From: Camelus ferus
Lineage: Eukaryota
Length of the DNA stretch: 64,000 bases
Assembly: GCF_009834535.1 (NCBI RefSeq)
Contig: NC_045697.1
Coordinates: 45,448,001-45,512,000 of the forward strand
Direction of reading: 5' to 3'
A model generated the notes under the pieces. It was not told the origin of the DNA. It was given only the letters and a program-made list of their open reading frames with translations, and did not search any database. The position numbers were made by a program, and so were the translations under genes. Position 1 is the first letter of the stretch. The number at the start of each line of letters is the position of its first letter. Shown piece after piece: positions 13,051 through 28,079 of this stretch.

Positions 13051-14224
13051 TATTTTGGCTCTGATTGGCCATGTCAGTATACAATCTCCACATGTGATTT
13101 TATTGTGTTTTCTTTAGAGTACTTTATAAAGATGAAGAAATGAGAGATTGACCCATAATCCCAATTCTGCTATTTCCTAGCTGGGTGACCTTGAGAAAAT
13201 GACTCCCTTTTTTGAGTACTAGCTTTCTCACCTGTGGAAAAAAAAAAGGCACAGTAAAGTAATAGCTACTTTAGAGGCCTGTTTTGGGGAGTGAATTGAT
13301 ATTTAGAGAGTCCTTTGCCAATATGAATGAAATAATCAGTTCTGCATGGATGGGAGCTACTGTTACTATCTCTGTTAGAATTGAAGGGGCCTTAATAACC
13401 ACTTCGTCCTGAACCTTATCTGTCAGATTGTATCTGTATGCACAGTTGTGCCAATTAAATTCAGTATCAATCTTTTCTCTTTTTTTAAATCATAAAGTAA
13501 AGATGGTTAATCAAATCTTAGTGAATATGGTGAACTCTCACCAAAATAAGTGCTTTATTAAGAGCTCTCTGCTCACCTAAGTTTCTAAATTTTAATTTTT
13601 TATAAATTAAGGATATATATATATATATTCTTAGAAAATACACAAAATGATCCCTTTATATACAGACCCATCATATTCCTAATCATTAAAGCGTTCCTAA
13701 TATCTCTTTTCTGGGTGCAAAGTTAATTTTTCATTCTTGAGCCTCTTCTCTTTGGGGCCAAGTTTTCACAAGGGTAGTTTCTTAATCTTTTCTCTAAATA
13801 TTAAAATGTCTGGAGGGAGGAGAATGTAGTGGTGAAAAGTAAGAGATTTGGAGTAAAAAAAAAAAATGGGTTTGAATTCCTGCTCTGCCCAGATTTGTGT
13901 GACCTTGGATAATAACAAACCACATCTTTATTCGTCTATAACTTACAGATGGTATATGTAAAGCTTTGGAACATTGGGCCAGACTATTATTACTTGTGGG
14001 TCATTGAAAATAACCATTTGGAAATAAACATATACATATATTTCTTTTGGCATAATAATAAATCTTTGTTTTTTATTGCCAGGTATTATACTATGAGTAT
14101 TTACATCCATTATCTCATTCATACGAGAATCTAAAATAATTATAAACACACTGCCTATTGACTGCCTTCAAAGCTAAATATTGGCCTCAAAAATATGCCT
14201 TTCATTCTCAGTTGCTGTGATGGT

Positions 14225-15440
14225 TTTCCATGGCTTAGTTCCAGTTGCTATAACAATATAACAAATTAACTCACAACTTAGTTGCTTGGAACACCATTTT
14301 ATTCTTCTTCATGAGTCTGTGAGTCAGGAATTTGGACAGCACATGGCAAGTATGGTTTTTCGTCTGTACCACAGTATCTGGGGCATCAAGCAGAAAGAGT
14401 CAGAGATGGGGGTGACTCAATGGCTGGGAGCCTTGTTGACCCGTGTATCTGGAACCCAGGCTGGGACTACTCAAAGACTAAGACTGCTGTTCTGCATGCC
14501 CATACACATCCTCAGCATGATTTGAATGCCTCCCGTTATGATGTCCATAGAGTAGACCAGTGCATTTTGTGGTGCCTTGGGGCTTCAAGAGCAGGTATTC
14601 CAGCCAACAAACAGAAGCTATATAAACTTTATGAACCAGCCTTGGAGTCACGTAGCATCATTTCTGCCATACTCTATTGGTGGAAATGCAAGCCCACCAG
14701 ATTTGAGGGGAGGGAATATAAACTCCAGATTCTTAATGAGGAGAGTTTCAAAGAATTTGCAAGCAAGTTTTAAAACTGCCACAACCCACTTTCTGGCTAC
14801 AGACTATTTATATCACTGCCATGTGCAAAATAAACTTATTCCCTCTCAAGAACCTCCCTAAAAATATCATCTCATTACCTCAGACTTTGCTCAAGTCTGG
14901 GATCTTGTCATCTAAATTCAATTCAGGTATGGATGAGGTTCCTCAGGTGTAACTCTTTGGACACATTCTTTTAGGTCAGAAAGTCTGTGAACTAAGTTAA
15001 CAAGTTATCTGTCCCCATACTCATCAGAATTGTGAGACAATTGAAGGATAACAACAGATCCTTGTATTCTGAGAGGGAGAACGTGAGAGGCACAAAGCAG
15101 CACTGATCTGTAGAATTCTGAAACTTGTTACCATTTCTCTGCTTAAGGCTCAGTCCTACTCCCTGTGAATTGTTCTCCATAGTGTTTGGCTCCACCAGGT
15201 AGAATCTTGGTTCTGCCTCTGAGTTACCCTTTTTTTTTTCTGTAAGATATGTCTGATATTTCCAACTGAGTTGACTTCTTAGCCTGTCTCCTGCCTGTAA
15301 ACATTTAGTGGTAGAGATGCCTTTTTCCAGTTTGTCTCTCTGTATTCCAAGCTGATACATTTCCTTTAAAAACTTTGTGAGTTTCCTATGTATGAATTCA
15401 TGATCCACTCCATTAGACAAATGTTATACTTACACGTCTT
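14225..15440 (-). mobile_element. MaLR (MLT1H/J-like) LTR plus internal sequence, degenerate
   Basis: TTGCTATAACAA...CACAACTTAGTTGCTT...GAGTCTGTGAGTCAGGAATTTGGACAG is typical of an antisense MLT1 LTR; followed by MLT-internal-like sequence. Confidence 0.55.
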
Positions 15441-15551
15441 TTCTGTGAAGATGCTGTGGGAAAAAAAGATTCTTAGAAATTCTATTTTTTTTAAAGAGAG
15501 TGCATGTATAGCATATGCTTAAAGTGTTTAGAAGGCCTTTTGCCTGTTTGA

Positions 15552-16505
<954 letters not shown>

Positions 16506-16509
16506 TAAA

Positions 16510-17025
16510 CTATGAGATTGGGAAGGAAAGACAGACATGAAGTGGAAGAAACAAGAACAAACTGGACACAAAAGGGCAAACCAGAATCCTTGAGGAAAAA
16601 CTGGAATTTGTGATGACAGACCAGAATCTACGAAGACAAATTAGAATCTGTGTCTGTCTTTCATGGTTGCCAACCTTGGCCATACGAGTGGCTTGCAGGA
16701 TAAGCTGGCACTTTTCACGCATACCTGGCTCAGGATCTGCCAGTGCCAAAGGAGCAATCTGGCTGGAGCTGGAGGGACCACAGGCTTGGCTGTTGCTCTT
16801 CCCCCACAAGGTGAGCCAGCAGATCAACAAAAATGTGCACGAGCTGCAACAGTGCCTGGTCTTGCGCTGACCTCCAGAGTATAAATATGACTGCTACTGG
16901 CTTGGGCATTTCAAGTCTTATGCAGATTTGTCTTGTGGCAAAGCCAAGCTCAGAACCACACAGAGAAAGGAACTCCAGGAAACATGCATCTGGCTTAGCT
17001 AAACTGACACACTACAAATTCACTC
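16510..17025. mobile_element. Ancient ERVL LTR-like remnant (LTR41/LTR33-like)
   Basis: The end GGAACTCCAGGAAACATGCATCTGGCTTAGCTAAACTGACACACTACAAA resembles ERVL LTR termini; family uncertain. Confidence 0.4.
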
Positions 17026-18829
17026 AGTTTCAAACCTATATATATATGTGTATGTCATTATTCTTATGTAATTAATTTAATGTGAATTTTTAACTAATGC
17101 GATTTGCTTCCTGTCTTTCCACCCAATATTTATCAACGTGTAGATAGAGCACAGGCCACGTGACGCCACTGATACCAGCAATAGCAGTCTGTCTCAGGTG
17201 ATTGACAGGCAAGCTCGCGACTGAATCAGAGCTGGAGCATTTTCAGTTTCGGAAAGTATAAAACCAAGATATTTTTGTTTATTTAATTGTTACAAATTTA
17301 AAATGGCATAATCAAAAGTAGCACGAAATTTGTTTTGATAAATATAAACTTTATCAGTGAGGGAAAAACAAGTAAGACACGCACTGAGAAGATAAAAAGC
17401 CGAAGAAAATACAATGAGGTCAAGGAAGAACCCTGGCAATGCATCAGTCCTAGAAACCAAGTAGGGTAAATGGAGTGCAGAGAGTCACAAAATTAAGGTG
17501 TGCCTGGAAATGCTTAGAAATTCAGTTCCATGAGTCAAGGCCAAAGAAAGTCAAGTCAAGAAAGTCTAACAGAAATATTAAAATACGTATTTTTTCTTGA
17601 TCAGAAGGAGTAAGGGGAATCCTCTTATTCTAATGAATAGTGAATATGAAGAAAGATATTTAATTGATACATTCAACCATTATTAATCAAGCTCTGTTGC
17701 AGGCACTATTCTAGGTGCTGAGGATACAGCAGAGGGCAGAAGTCACAGCCCTTGTATGTGCTCCGGTTTAGCAGATGAAGACTTAACTGAGGGTCACTCC
17801 AGGTGGTGTGATCATGGATATTTTCTTCTAAGTTTTCTGCATTGAACTTATATTTTGGAATAAAGAACAAAATTTATTTTTAAAATATATGCTTGAAATT
17901 GAGAAATAGGCTAGCTACCAGAAAGATTATTGAAAAAAATGTCTGCGGAACATCAACCACAAAGCTCACTCTATCAGATCACTTTACAGGCAGATGAATG
18001 ACGGACCCTCTCGGGCCTCTCCAGTGTTAAGTGCTTCTTCTTTATTTAAATCTTTATGTCAAGCCTTTACAGACTCTCTTTGTTCTTACCTCTCAATTCT
18101 GACGTTTTCCCACAGATGCAAATTAAATCTTCTGCTTGATAGCAGCAGTTCACTGAGTGGTGTTGGCTGTTTACAAAAAATGTTTAGTTCTGCTTCTGCC
18201 AGATTTCCTGTGCCTTGTTCCCCCACCTCCTTCATCCGCAGGTAGAGTAGCTCCTGGCAACCACATCCTCTCCAATAAATGCATATGCATAAACTAATTA
18301 ACTAGTAAATCAATCAACTGATTGATTGATTGACTCTCTGAACAAATATTTTGGTGACTACTCTGTACCGGGCACTGGTGTTCAGCAATAAACAATATAG
18401 ACAATAAACAACAGAGACAGGACCAAGTGCCATTTATTCTAGAGCAGCCTGTGATGAGTCCCAAACATGGGAAAGAGGGGCTTCCTCTCCTCCCTCTTTC
18501 CTTCCACAGTTCCCTGAAGCCAGAAAAGGGCAAGTTTTCTCTTCTGTCTGGACTTTCCTTATATATATAAAATTCTCTGATCTCTTCCACAAAGTCTGAT
18601 CCTCTATAAGCTAAAGGTGATAGAGGAATTTAGATCAAGCTTTCTCAGGACCAAAGCCTGGCTTTTGAATTCCAAAAGCTTAGTGTTACTGAAGACTTTC
18701 TTAGTGCAACCCTAACTGGGACGAATCCTAATGGGCAGGTGTATGATTCAAGAAAAGAACCAAGATTTATTCTCAGCAGGCAAAAACAAGATCACATTAA
18801 TAATTCAAAATTCAAAAGAAGAATTACTT

Positions 18830-19550
18830 CCCATTTGCTAAGATAAATAAACAAGAAATTCATTATAGTGATAAACTCTATTAAATAGGATAATGTGAGG
18901 CTGAGGAGAGGTGAGAACAGCTTTAAATAATGGTGAGAAAATGCTTTCCAGAGTAAGTAACATTTGAGGTGAGACTTGAATGGCAAAAAGGTAACAACCT
19001 TGAGACTGTCTAGGAAAAAGTGTTCCAGACAAAGAAATCAGATGCAGAAGCTGTGGGGGAATTAATGGATTTGGCAAGTTCAAGAAACAGAAAGAAGTCT
19101 TGTTAAGTTCCAGAATAGTGAGAGCTGCCTAGTGAGAGGTAGGCAGGGCCAGACTATGAGAACCTCATAGACCACAGGAAAGAGTTTGGTTTTGATCTTA
19201 AATGAAACATGAGGACATTTTATTTTATCTTTTTCCATTAGAGCAGGAGAGTGACTTGATCTGATTTATGTTTTCAAAAGATCACTCTGGTGGCCATGCT
19301 ATGAAGGAGCATAGATCGGGGAATAAAGGAAGCAAGCGGACCAAAAAGCAGGCAGTCGAATTATCCAATTCAGGAGAAAACCAGTGGGAACTGGCTCAGA
19401 CTAGATTGTCAAATGGGTCATGTACAAAGAGTGATGGGCAAGTTGGAGCTGTGCTTTGGAAAGAGGTGATGAGTGACAGGAATGTACGTGAAGAATGAGA
19501 TAAAGAGAAGAAACAACAAGTATGACTCTTGGGGTGTTCAAGGTTCTAGG
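18830..19550 (-). mobile_element. L2 LINE fragment
   Basis: CATTTGAGGTGAGACTTGAATGG...GTGTTCCAGACAAAG...GATCTGATTTATGTTTTCAAAAGATCACTCTGG. Confidence 0.6.
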
Positions 19551-20747
19551 TGAGTAAATATATGCACACAGGTATATGCGTGCGTATAAATGTATATGTA
19601 AGTATATGCACATATTTAAACTTTTAAAAAATATTCTTTCTTCTTCTAAGAACAGTTTGCAAACTGTGGTCTCAGTTATTTTTCAACTAAGGTTGCCAAA
19701 TATTGGTGATTTCATTGTTCAAATTAAAAAAAAAAGGAAAGGGACAAACATCTTAAAAACTTATGTGACAGGTAGTGTGCTAAGTATTTCATAAATGTTA
19801 TCTCGTCTGAACTTTATGCCTCAACTTTATGAAGTTATTGTTTCTACTATTTAATAGATGAGGAAACGTTACCCTGGAGGGAAAATACAAAAACACACTT
19901 CAAAATTTTATTCAACCAACATTTTTAAAGGAACTTCTGTGTGCATTACATTCATAGCTGAAGGTCAGAAGGGTTAACGTCACTTCCATTACTATGACCA
20001 CTTACTGGGTGAAAAAAGGTTTTAAATCCGATGTGTTGTGTGGTATATTTTCTGGGTACAAAACTAGTTAAAATGAAAAAGCTTGCCTTTCATGTGCTAA
20101 CTTAAATCAGATGTAACAGTTGTGGTCAAAACTATTCTCAATCATACACAGTACCAGGGTGTCAGTCAAAAAAAAAAAAAAAAGAAAAGATGCATATTAT
20201 ATACAAACAATGTTGTAATCGTTTTAGAGAGTGGAGTGTTTTAAACTTAGCTTTTTATCTCTCTTCATGCTAAGTGCAGTTTCAGCTTCCTTTTTCGTTT
20301 GTATTGGAACGAAGCAGAGCTGGGATCGCAGTTGTATTCAGCTGCTCTAGTAATCGACCTCACTTCCTAGATACATCACGTCTTCCTTTCGCAGGAGTCT
20401 GCATCACCTCGCTTCCATGGAATAGACCCAATCCACTCACCCCAATGCCGTCCAGAGCAACAAGCGCAAAACACAGTTCCTCAACTTTCCTCCCCTAAAT
20501 CCTGCTTCTTTTCCCACTTCTCCAGGGAGAGGGTCAACAAGCTGTCAGACTTGGCCTCCGTGGTTATCCAGGCCAACTAGCCTATATAAAGATACAACTA
20601 TAAATTCAGTACTTTGGACTTAATCTTCTATTCAGGACTCTGGTATTCCCGCTCCATTCTTCACGACTGCTCTATAGCAAATCAAACCTTCACCACTTTT
20701 CTAAATTCCTTTGGCCCACTCCTCCTTACAAATGGCTCCACCTCCTG

Positions 20748-21008
20748 CTTTATTTTTACTTATTTATTTTTAAAGATTTTAATTGACGTGTAGTTGATTT
20801 ATAATGTTAGCTTCAGGTGTACAGCAAAGTGATTCAGTTATACAGATACATACATACAAATACATTTTTTCTTTTCAGATTCTTTTCCATTATAGGTTAT
20901 TACAAGAAATTGAATATAGTTCCCTGCACTATACGGTAGATCCTTGTCATTTATCTATTTCATATATAGTAATGTGTGTTTGTTAATCTCCAACCTCTAA
21001 TTTATCCC
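20748..21008 (-). mobile_element. Cetartiodactyl-type L1 3' end
   Basis: T-rich tail, then TAGTTGATTTATAATGTTAG...GGTGTACAGCAAAGTGATTCAGTTATAC...TTGAATATAGTTCCCTG. Confidence 0.85.
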
Positions 21009-21126
21009 TGTGACTCCAAGCTCTTGCCCCTAGACCAGACCTTACCACTGAGCTCCAGGCCACTCTGATCATACCCACCTAAATTTTCTAGCTACTACAA
21101 ACTCAGTTCAAAACTTAACTCCTCAA

Positions 21127-21227
21127 GGATGGGGGTATAGAGCTCAATGGTAGAGGCACGCTTAGCCTGCAGGAGGTCCTGGATTCAAACCCCAGTCCCT
21201 CCACTAACAAAAAACAAACAAACAAAA
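21127..21227 (+). mobile_element. tRNA-derived SINE, Vic-1-like (camelid)
   Basis: GGGGGTATAGAGCTCAATGGTAGAGGCACGCTTAGCCTGCAGGAGGTCCTGGATTCAAACCCCAGTCCCTCCA with A and B boxes, an (AAAC)n tail and a degenerate TSD AAAACTTAACTCCTC / AGAACTGAACCCCCTC. Confidence 0.8.
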
Positions 21228-21619
21228 GAACTGAACCCCCTCTCACCTCTCACCTCTGCGCGGGCTGACACCATCTCTTGCTGGGATTATTACAACTCTT
21301 GGGGATTGTTCTCCTCGCTTCCAGCCTAGCTCTCTTGTCAGTTACCATTTGTACTTCTGTTAGAGTGTTTTTTTCCAAAACATAAATTTAATGGCAGAAA
21401 ATTTGTCTATATTTATTTTGCTTAAAAGCACTTTTTCCAAATTAAAATTGTTATATGTTATATTAAATTTTGGATAAAAGATCTTTAGATTTACCAGAGA
21501 TATACTTATTGTGTTCAAAAGAAGGTTGGAAAAAACAACCCAGCGTGCAACACAATAAAACTAGAGCCAATAAGAGGATAACCTCCAGACAACTATTCAG
21601 TAGGAAATTACTTTTTTTT

Positions 21620-22544
21620 TCTCCAAAATGACTTAGCTTTAATGATGACTTTAAAATATAAAATTTCAAGGCAGAAATTAATAAGAACATGAGCAATACA
21701 TTTCAAAAACCTGTGGGATACCGTTAAACAGTACTCAAGGAAAACGGTTATTCTTAAGTGAACTTTCTAAAACACTGTAAGAATTGAAAATAAGTAAACA
21801 CCACAAAAGGCTAGAAAAATAAATAAATAAACAAATCCAAGGAAAGGAGAAGAAAATATTTTGTTGATTGAAGCATCATTTAATGAAAAAAAAAAAACTT
21901 AGATCTTTATAACAGACAAAAGCTGATTTTTTAAAAAGATCATTATAATAGGAAAAATAGGTAAGATCAACATTTGGAGAAAGAGAAAACAAATAAATAA
22001 TGCTAGGGATAAGAGAAAGAGTAACTACAGATGTGGATAATTTAAATGAGAAAATAATTACAAATGTAGACAAGAAGGATAATTTCCAAGAGCTTGTAAG
22101 TCACTAAAAATCAGCTCATGTGGAGGTGGAATGTCTGAATTGATCAAAATGAAATGGTGACTCCTACTCCCACGAGGCAACCAGCCCAGATAATCTACTC
22201 GGGTTCAGACCGTTCCTTTGATACTTCCAAATTCATTTTCTTAGTTAGTAAAACCACGATATCCAACTCTAGTAATATAATGAAAAAAAAAAGGGGGCAC
22301 CAATCTTATTTATAAAAATAGATGCAAAATCTTAAATAAGATATTAGCAAATCAAATCCAAAACTGTCACAAGATTCATTCACTGCAACCAGGTAAAGTT
22401 TAACTCTTAACAACTTGAAAATGTATTAATGGAATGTGTAAGATAAATGGATTAATGGAAATGTATATAATCATATTGATAGATCATTTTAAAAAGATGC
22501 AATTCAGGATCCAGTTTAGAAAAATCTCTTTGTAACAGAAGCTA

Positions 22545-22584
<40 letters not shown>

Positions 22585-22670
22585 TAATGAACCTGACCAA
22601 GTATTTCTAAAGTTGATCTGTAATAGTCTACACGAAATAATAGTCAAAAACTTTAAAACAAGAACATTAT
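21620..22670 (+). mobile_element. Highly degenerate old L1 (ORF2 region)
   Basis: A-rich; CAAAAACCTGTGGGATAC...AAACAGTACTC and ATAGATGCAAAATCTTAAATAAGATATTAGCAAATCAAATCC are L1 ORF2 hallmarks. Confidence 0.65.
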
Positions 22671-22739
22671 TACTATCTTATACTTGTGAAGAAATTTACA
22701 ACTTCCAAGTCATCTTCATCTGAATTACTACATCTGATT

Positions 22740-23470
22740 TGAGATGCAGATAGCATAGCATCCGGACCACTGCCCCTGCTTCAAGGCACCACTACCTTTT
22801 CCCTAGATTATTGAGACAGTTGTCTTGCTGGCCTCACAGCTTCTACTTCTGCCCTCATTCCACCTGTTCCCAGTATAGCAGTCCAAGTGATCTGGTCAGA
22901 TATAAGCCAGACAGTATCACTTCTCTCTCCAAAACCCTATGATGACTTCTCATGTCATTCAGAGGAAGAGTCAAAATTACTCACTCCCTGTAGTGGAATT
23001 CACTCCACCTATCTCTGTTCTCTCCCTGACTTCCTGTCTCACTGTTTTCTCTCGCTCACTCCACTCCACCATATCAGCCTCTTTGCTCTTCTCAAGCATG
23101 GCAAGTTACACTCCCGCCTCGCGGACTTTGCACTGGCTCCTCCCTCTCCCAGGAATGCCTTTCCCCCACACAGTTACCTTTAGATTTTGACCTAAAGCTC
23201 ACATTCCAGTGTGTTTTCTCTTGATGCCCCTACTTAGCATTTCCAGTACGCTTTATCCCTCTCTCCCTTGTTACTTTATTATACAGCATTTACCATTCTC
23301 TAATATAGTACACGATTTATGTATTTATCTATGGCTTTTGCTAATTTTCTGTCTTCTTTCAGTGGAATATAAACTTGATGAAGACAGAGGGCTCTGTCCT
23401 GTGTCTAGAAGAGTGCTTGGCATAGGTAAGCATTCAACAAAAACATATTGGATGAATGAATGAATGAATG
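22740..23470 (+). mobile_element. L2 3' end
   Basis: Ends in CTAGAAGAGTGCTTGGCATAGGTAAGCATTCAACAAAAACATATTGGATGAATGAATGAATG, the typical L2 tail. Confidence 0.7.
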
Positions 23471-26039
23471 ACTGATGAGGTGATTGAACCCAGAAGAGTT
23501 AAGTAACTTCACTGTTTTTAGCACAACTTTATTAGTGCTTCAATCTTCTGATTCCTTAATCCAATATATATTTTCCATATGCTCTTTTACCACTATGATA
23601 TCCATATATTCAATTATATTTGAATTTGTTCGTTGTCCCTTAACTTTAAATACTTCCAAATGAACAGATTCTATTTCCTTACATAAAAACTTCAGAATTT
23701 AAAGCATGGCTTGAATCTGTTGATTTCACAAATATTTCCTTTTTAGAATTTGATAGCTTTTTTTTTTCTTTTAGAGATCAAAGCTATAATCTAACACAGA
23801 CCCTAAAATGCTCAAATTAGTACATTAAATGCTCAAATTAGCACATTAGACCAGGTTATGCACAAATATGCAAAGTTTTATCTTTATGAATGTAATGAGA
23901 TGTCCATACATTACCCAGAAATTCCAACATTTACAGCAAATTCAGGGGCTGTCATCTTTAAAGTTTTGTAGACCATCAGCATTATCCAACATTCTGGCTT
24001 TCATATCAAGCTGCAAGACCCCATCCATCCTCAAACATTTTTGCTGGTGAATTTTAGTGTTTATCAGGGAAGTAGGAGGAGAGCAAACAGAGATTTTAGA
24101 AAATAGATACGTTTTCTACCTCAACTGGATACATTAAAAGAAAACCTACAGGGGTAGGTGATAATATATATATACAGTTTTAAAGTATGAAAGATATACC
24201 AGGGAGGTTTTGTTTTAACCTGAAAGCTTCCTCTAAGTCACGTTTATGGTGCTCTAGTACTATCTGGTTAAATGGTTGATTATTTTCCCAAGACTCTTAA
24301 ATGTCTCATTCTTAAGCTAGGTAACGCAAAGGCTGATGCAAGGGGCTCTGTCATATTTGTTACAAACTTGAGCCTTTTAGAGGGGGCCAGTATTAGACGT
24401 ATTAGTATCAACCTATAAGGTGATATTTTCTGTATTTTGAAATGAAGATTAAGTAACTTGACTGATGGGAAACCTCCTGGGGAAATTGGGGCAATTTGTT
24501 TTTGTCCAAGTGAAGCAGAATGACCTTGAATTTTAAAAAGCAGGAGTGCTCAGGGTTAGAACTGCCATTCTGGGTTCTGTTTGCCTTACTTTCAGCCACA
24601 TCTCATTTGTGTTTATATTTGATAGGTCAGCAGGGTGCAGGCAACTGTTAAAACCTGTGCAAGTTTGAAAAGTATTCAAAGCATAGCAAAGGATGGCAAT
24701 TGCAAAATTTGCCATGTCCTCTGTGAAAACTGACCGAACAATAATGTGATGCAAGGCAGTCCTGAATATTGTTTCCCAAAAGAGTTTTCAATTGAACGTG
24801 TGGTCAAGAGGAATTCCACTCTAGATCCATTCAGCATTTAATCCTTTAGAATGAATTAGGTGGAACTCTTTCTGGATGTTTTGTCTTATTTCAGTGCAGC
24901 CATATTCTCTCACCAGGTAAATCTAATAGCTCAGAATGCTTTGGGGGCAGAAATATCTGACTGAGGATGGATATCTGACTGAGGGAGCCACAGAATATTC
25001 TTTCTCTTTAAAAGCAACAAAAATAAAGGTGAGAACCGGAGAGGGAGAGGACATGGGAGTTTATGGGCATCTAAATGCAACCTTGAAATTGTGCTGAAGA
25101 GTGTCACAAAGGCTAATTCATTCACAAGGAAGAGAAAAACAAAACCCTTTGATCTCCAGGCTTATCTAGAAGTGTCCCCTCTGGAAGCAAGTGCCGTCTA
25201 AGAGCCTTCTGCAGGGCGGTGGGTCACGTTCTGGTTAACCAGGGAAGCTGGGATGAACTTTACACGCAATGTTGTCTCTTCAGACTAATAACTGGACTCC
25301 ATCTAGTGGTCATAATCACAAACCGGGATCTAGCTGCTTCCAGAAAGGGCCTCTACACCAAAGCAAATAGACCTGTACCGTTCCTGAGATATGACTTGCT
25401 CCCGATGTCAGAGGGCCCAAAGTAACCAAACAATACAGCATCAACAAAACACAGCGCCTTAGTGCTCCGGAGCTGGCCTTCTGAGAGCCTCCTTTTGCAG
25501 GTGGGAGCCCTGTAGGTCGTGCAGTGTTTTGCTCTCTCTGACGGCTTGTGTGATACATTTCATTATGTGAAACAAGGGAGGGTGGTGGACAGAGTACTGG
25601 GTCAAGTGTCAGGAACATTGTCTCTGCTTTGTGACCTTGGGCAGGTCTGGGACTTACCCTCGTAGGACACATTCTTCTTGTTTAAGATGAGAGGATGAAA
25701 TGCAAAGTTTTCCTCCACTCGTCTGTTTCATGCCTGCCAGGGCCTCTGCTGAATGCTTTGGAGGATTTAAAAGTTCAGGAAAGAGATAAAAGTTTACTGT
25801 GGATATCTAAAATACATTATAGAAGTTGCCAAATTCCATACTAGGAGTCCACAGGGAGTTCCACGTAGAAGTCTGAGCGTTAGATAATTACTCATGGGTG
25901 TAGAAATAAGCAATGACATAGAATATTAAGCTATATATATGTCTGTCTGTCCAGGGCTGTATCCTTGTCTGTATCTAGTCTCCGTGTGTGTATACATATA
26001 TAAATATATACGCACATACCATACCGAATATAAATGCAC

Positions 26040-26990
26040 CGTTAATTTAAAAAATTCACCATCAACAAGACAGATGACCGCCTGGGGAAAACATGTGGAA
26101 CATGAACAACTGGTAAAAATTTTATATCATTAATGTGTGATGAATTCTTACAAATGAATAATAAAAAAACCCGAACTCCTTAGAGACAAAATGAGCAAAG
26201 GACACAAACAGGCCACTCTCAGAAAAGAACTACAGATATTCAAATATCTGTTAAGTGTATATTTAAGCTTACCAGCGAATAGATATTAAATCAACTTTTA
26301 AGTAATTCCATTTGCTTTAATTACTATTTAATTACGCAGTTAACTCAAGTTAGTTGTTAGTAATGATACATTTTAAAATTCCTGTTAGAGCAGCAAGGTT
26401 TAAAAGAGTGGATAATCACTAGCACTGAATGGGCCGTGGAGAAAACGGGCATTCTTACAGTGACAGTGATGATGAGAGTGTGTATCGCTAATCTCTCTGG
26501 ATAAAGCCTGACAATATGAATCAAGAGAGAAAAGGGTCCATTTTTAGTACATTTAAAAGAAACCACTGGATGGACAACTACAAAGAGATGTATTTGTAAT
26601 CATCTTTGTTGTAGCATTTTGTATAATAGCAAAAGAAATAGAAAAAACCACCAACAACCAACTCTAAATATTTTGCTGTTCGGGAATGGTTAAATAACTA
26701 GGGTAGAGCCACAGGTTAGACTATTATACTGTAATGAACATTTTCATAGATCTACATTTATAACACAAATACTTACAATATGTTAAGGGGAAATACCTTA
26801 CAAAAGAAGATATACAGCAAGCCACACTTTTATTAAAATTGCAAATTCTGTATGCACATGAGTTAGCATGGAAAATACCCAGAAAGATATAAATTAACAC
26901 ACTACTAGTAGTTGTCTGTCGGTGGTAAAATTACAGACGATTTTCACTTTCTTTTTGTACTTTTCTCTGTTGTCTCACTTTCCCACAATT
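26040..26990 (+). mobile_element. Degenerate L1ME-like 3' region
   Basis: AAATGAGCAAAGGACACAAACAGGC, TTGTAGCATTTTGTATAATAGCAAAA, GGGAATGGTTAAATAA. Confidence 0.55.
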
Positions 26991-27951
26991 ATGATAAATT
27001 TCTTTTATTATCAGATAAGCCAATTAAGCAACTTCTATTAAAGATGGGAATAAAGCCTGAGCAACTGGGGCAAATTTCCACAAAACTCTCTAGCTACACC
27101 TTCCACAGTGTTTCCTAATCTGAGCATAAAATTTCCTGCTTCAGTTTATTGCACTACAGAGGTAAATAAAGGAACTAACAAAAGAGATGTATCTTTCACA
27201 GATCATTAAAGTTCCATTTCACTGGTAAAAAAAAAAAAATTTGTCTCTTCTCGTATCCCTTAGGCACTATATGAAGGCTGCATATGGAAGGAGGTAGAAA
27301 GGAAACTTGCAAAGACACAAAGACTGTCTCTGAAGGAGGCAGGCCAACAAAGAGTCTGCATGGTCAGGACACGTCCCTTCTGCCTGCTGGCATCTCCACA
27401 CATGGCCGGGCATGTGCTGTGGTCAGAATCAGGGTGGCAGAGCTGAAGAAGTGGTCAGTGAGCGCTGTGGGTAGACAAGGGGAGAGTGAGGGTGGCTGAG
27501 AACACAGGCCTTTCATAGGGGAGACCACAGTGGTGACCATCCTGTCCCTACGCTTATGGGCCAGGTCCTGATGGTCTCCCACTTGTACAAGTAGTACGTT
27601 ATCCTCAGCTTCTCTGAGGAGAATCTTCTTCTTTAGTCCTTAACATTGTTGTCAAACACGTTGTCAAACAATCCATCTGCTGCTAAAAGGAGCCCGACAC
27701 ACTTGTGTTTGAACCCTCACCTCACCATTTAATATTTGTGTGATGCTTCGGTAAGTGACCGAACTCTCTAAAATTTCAGTCTCCTCACCTGAAGAGCAGG
27801 GATAGTACCATTGCATCTAATTCTTGTGGAGGGCGAGGTGGCAATAGCACCTAGCATCACACTTGCACATAGTCAGTGTTCCAGAAATGAAAATTAAGCC
27901 ATTACCTGTACATGAAAGCAAAGCCACTATTAACCTCCGTTAGACATGAAT

Positions 27952-28079
27952 TAGGTGACCATGTAATTTATCAAACAAATGAGATCGCTTTTCAGAGTAA
28001 AAGGGGGTGATTTAATTAAGCCAACACAAGATGTAATTTGGGAACTGACCTGGGCAAATTAAGATATATGGTCATTCTG
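27952..28079. mobile_element. MER81-like hAT-Blackjack MITE
   Basis: TAGGTGACCATGTAATTTATC...AGAGTAAAAGGGGGTG...GGGCAAATT...ATATGGTCATTCT; GGTGACCAT/ATGGTCA terminal inverted repeats. Confidence 0.7.

Noticed and set aside
14420..15420. 117-aa and 142-aa ORFs
   Set aside because: They lie within degenerate MaLR LTR/internal sequence, with no recognisable domain or splice support.
21127..21203. Possible tRNA-Ala gene
   Set aside because: Stems are degenerate, and the A-rich tail and TSD show it is a SINE.
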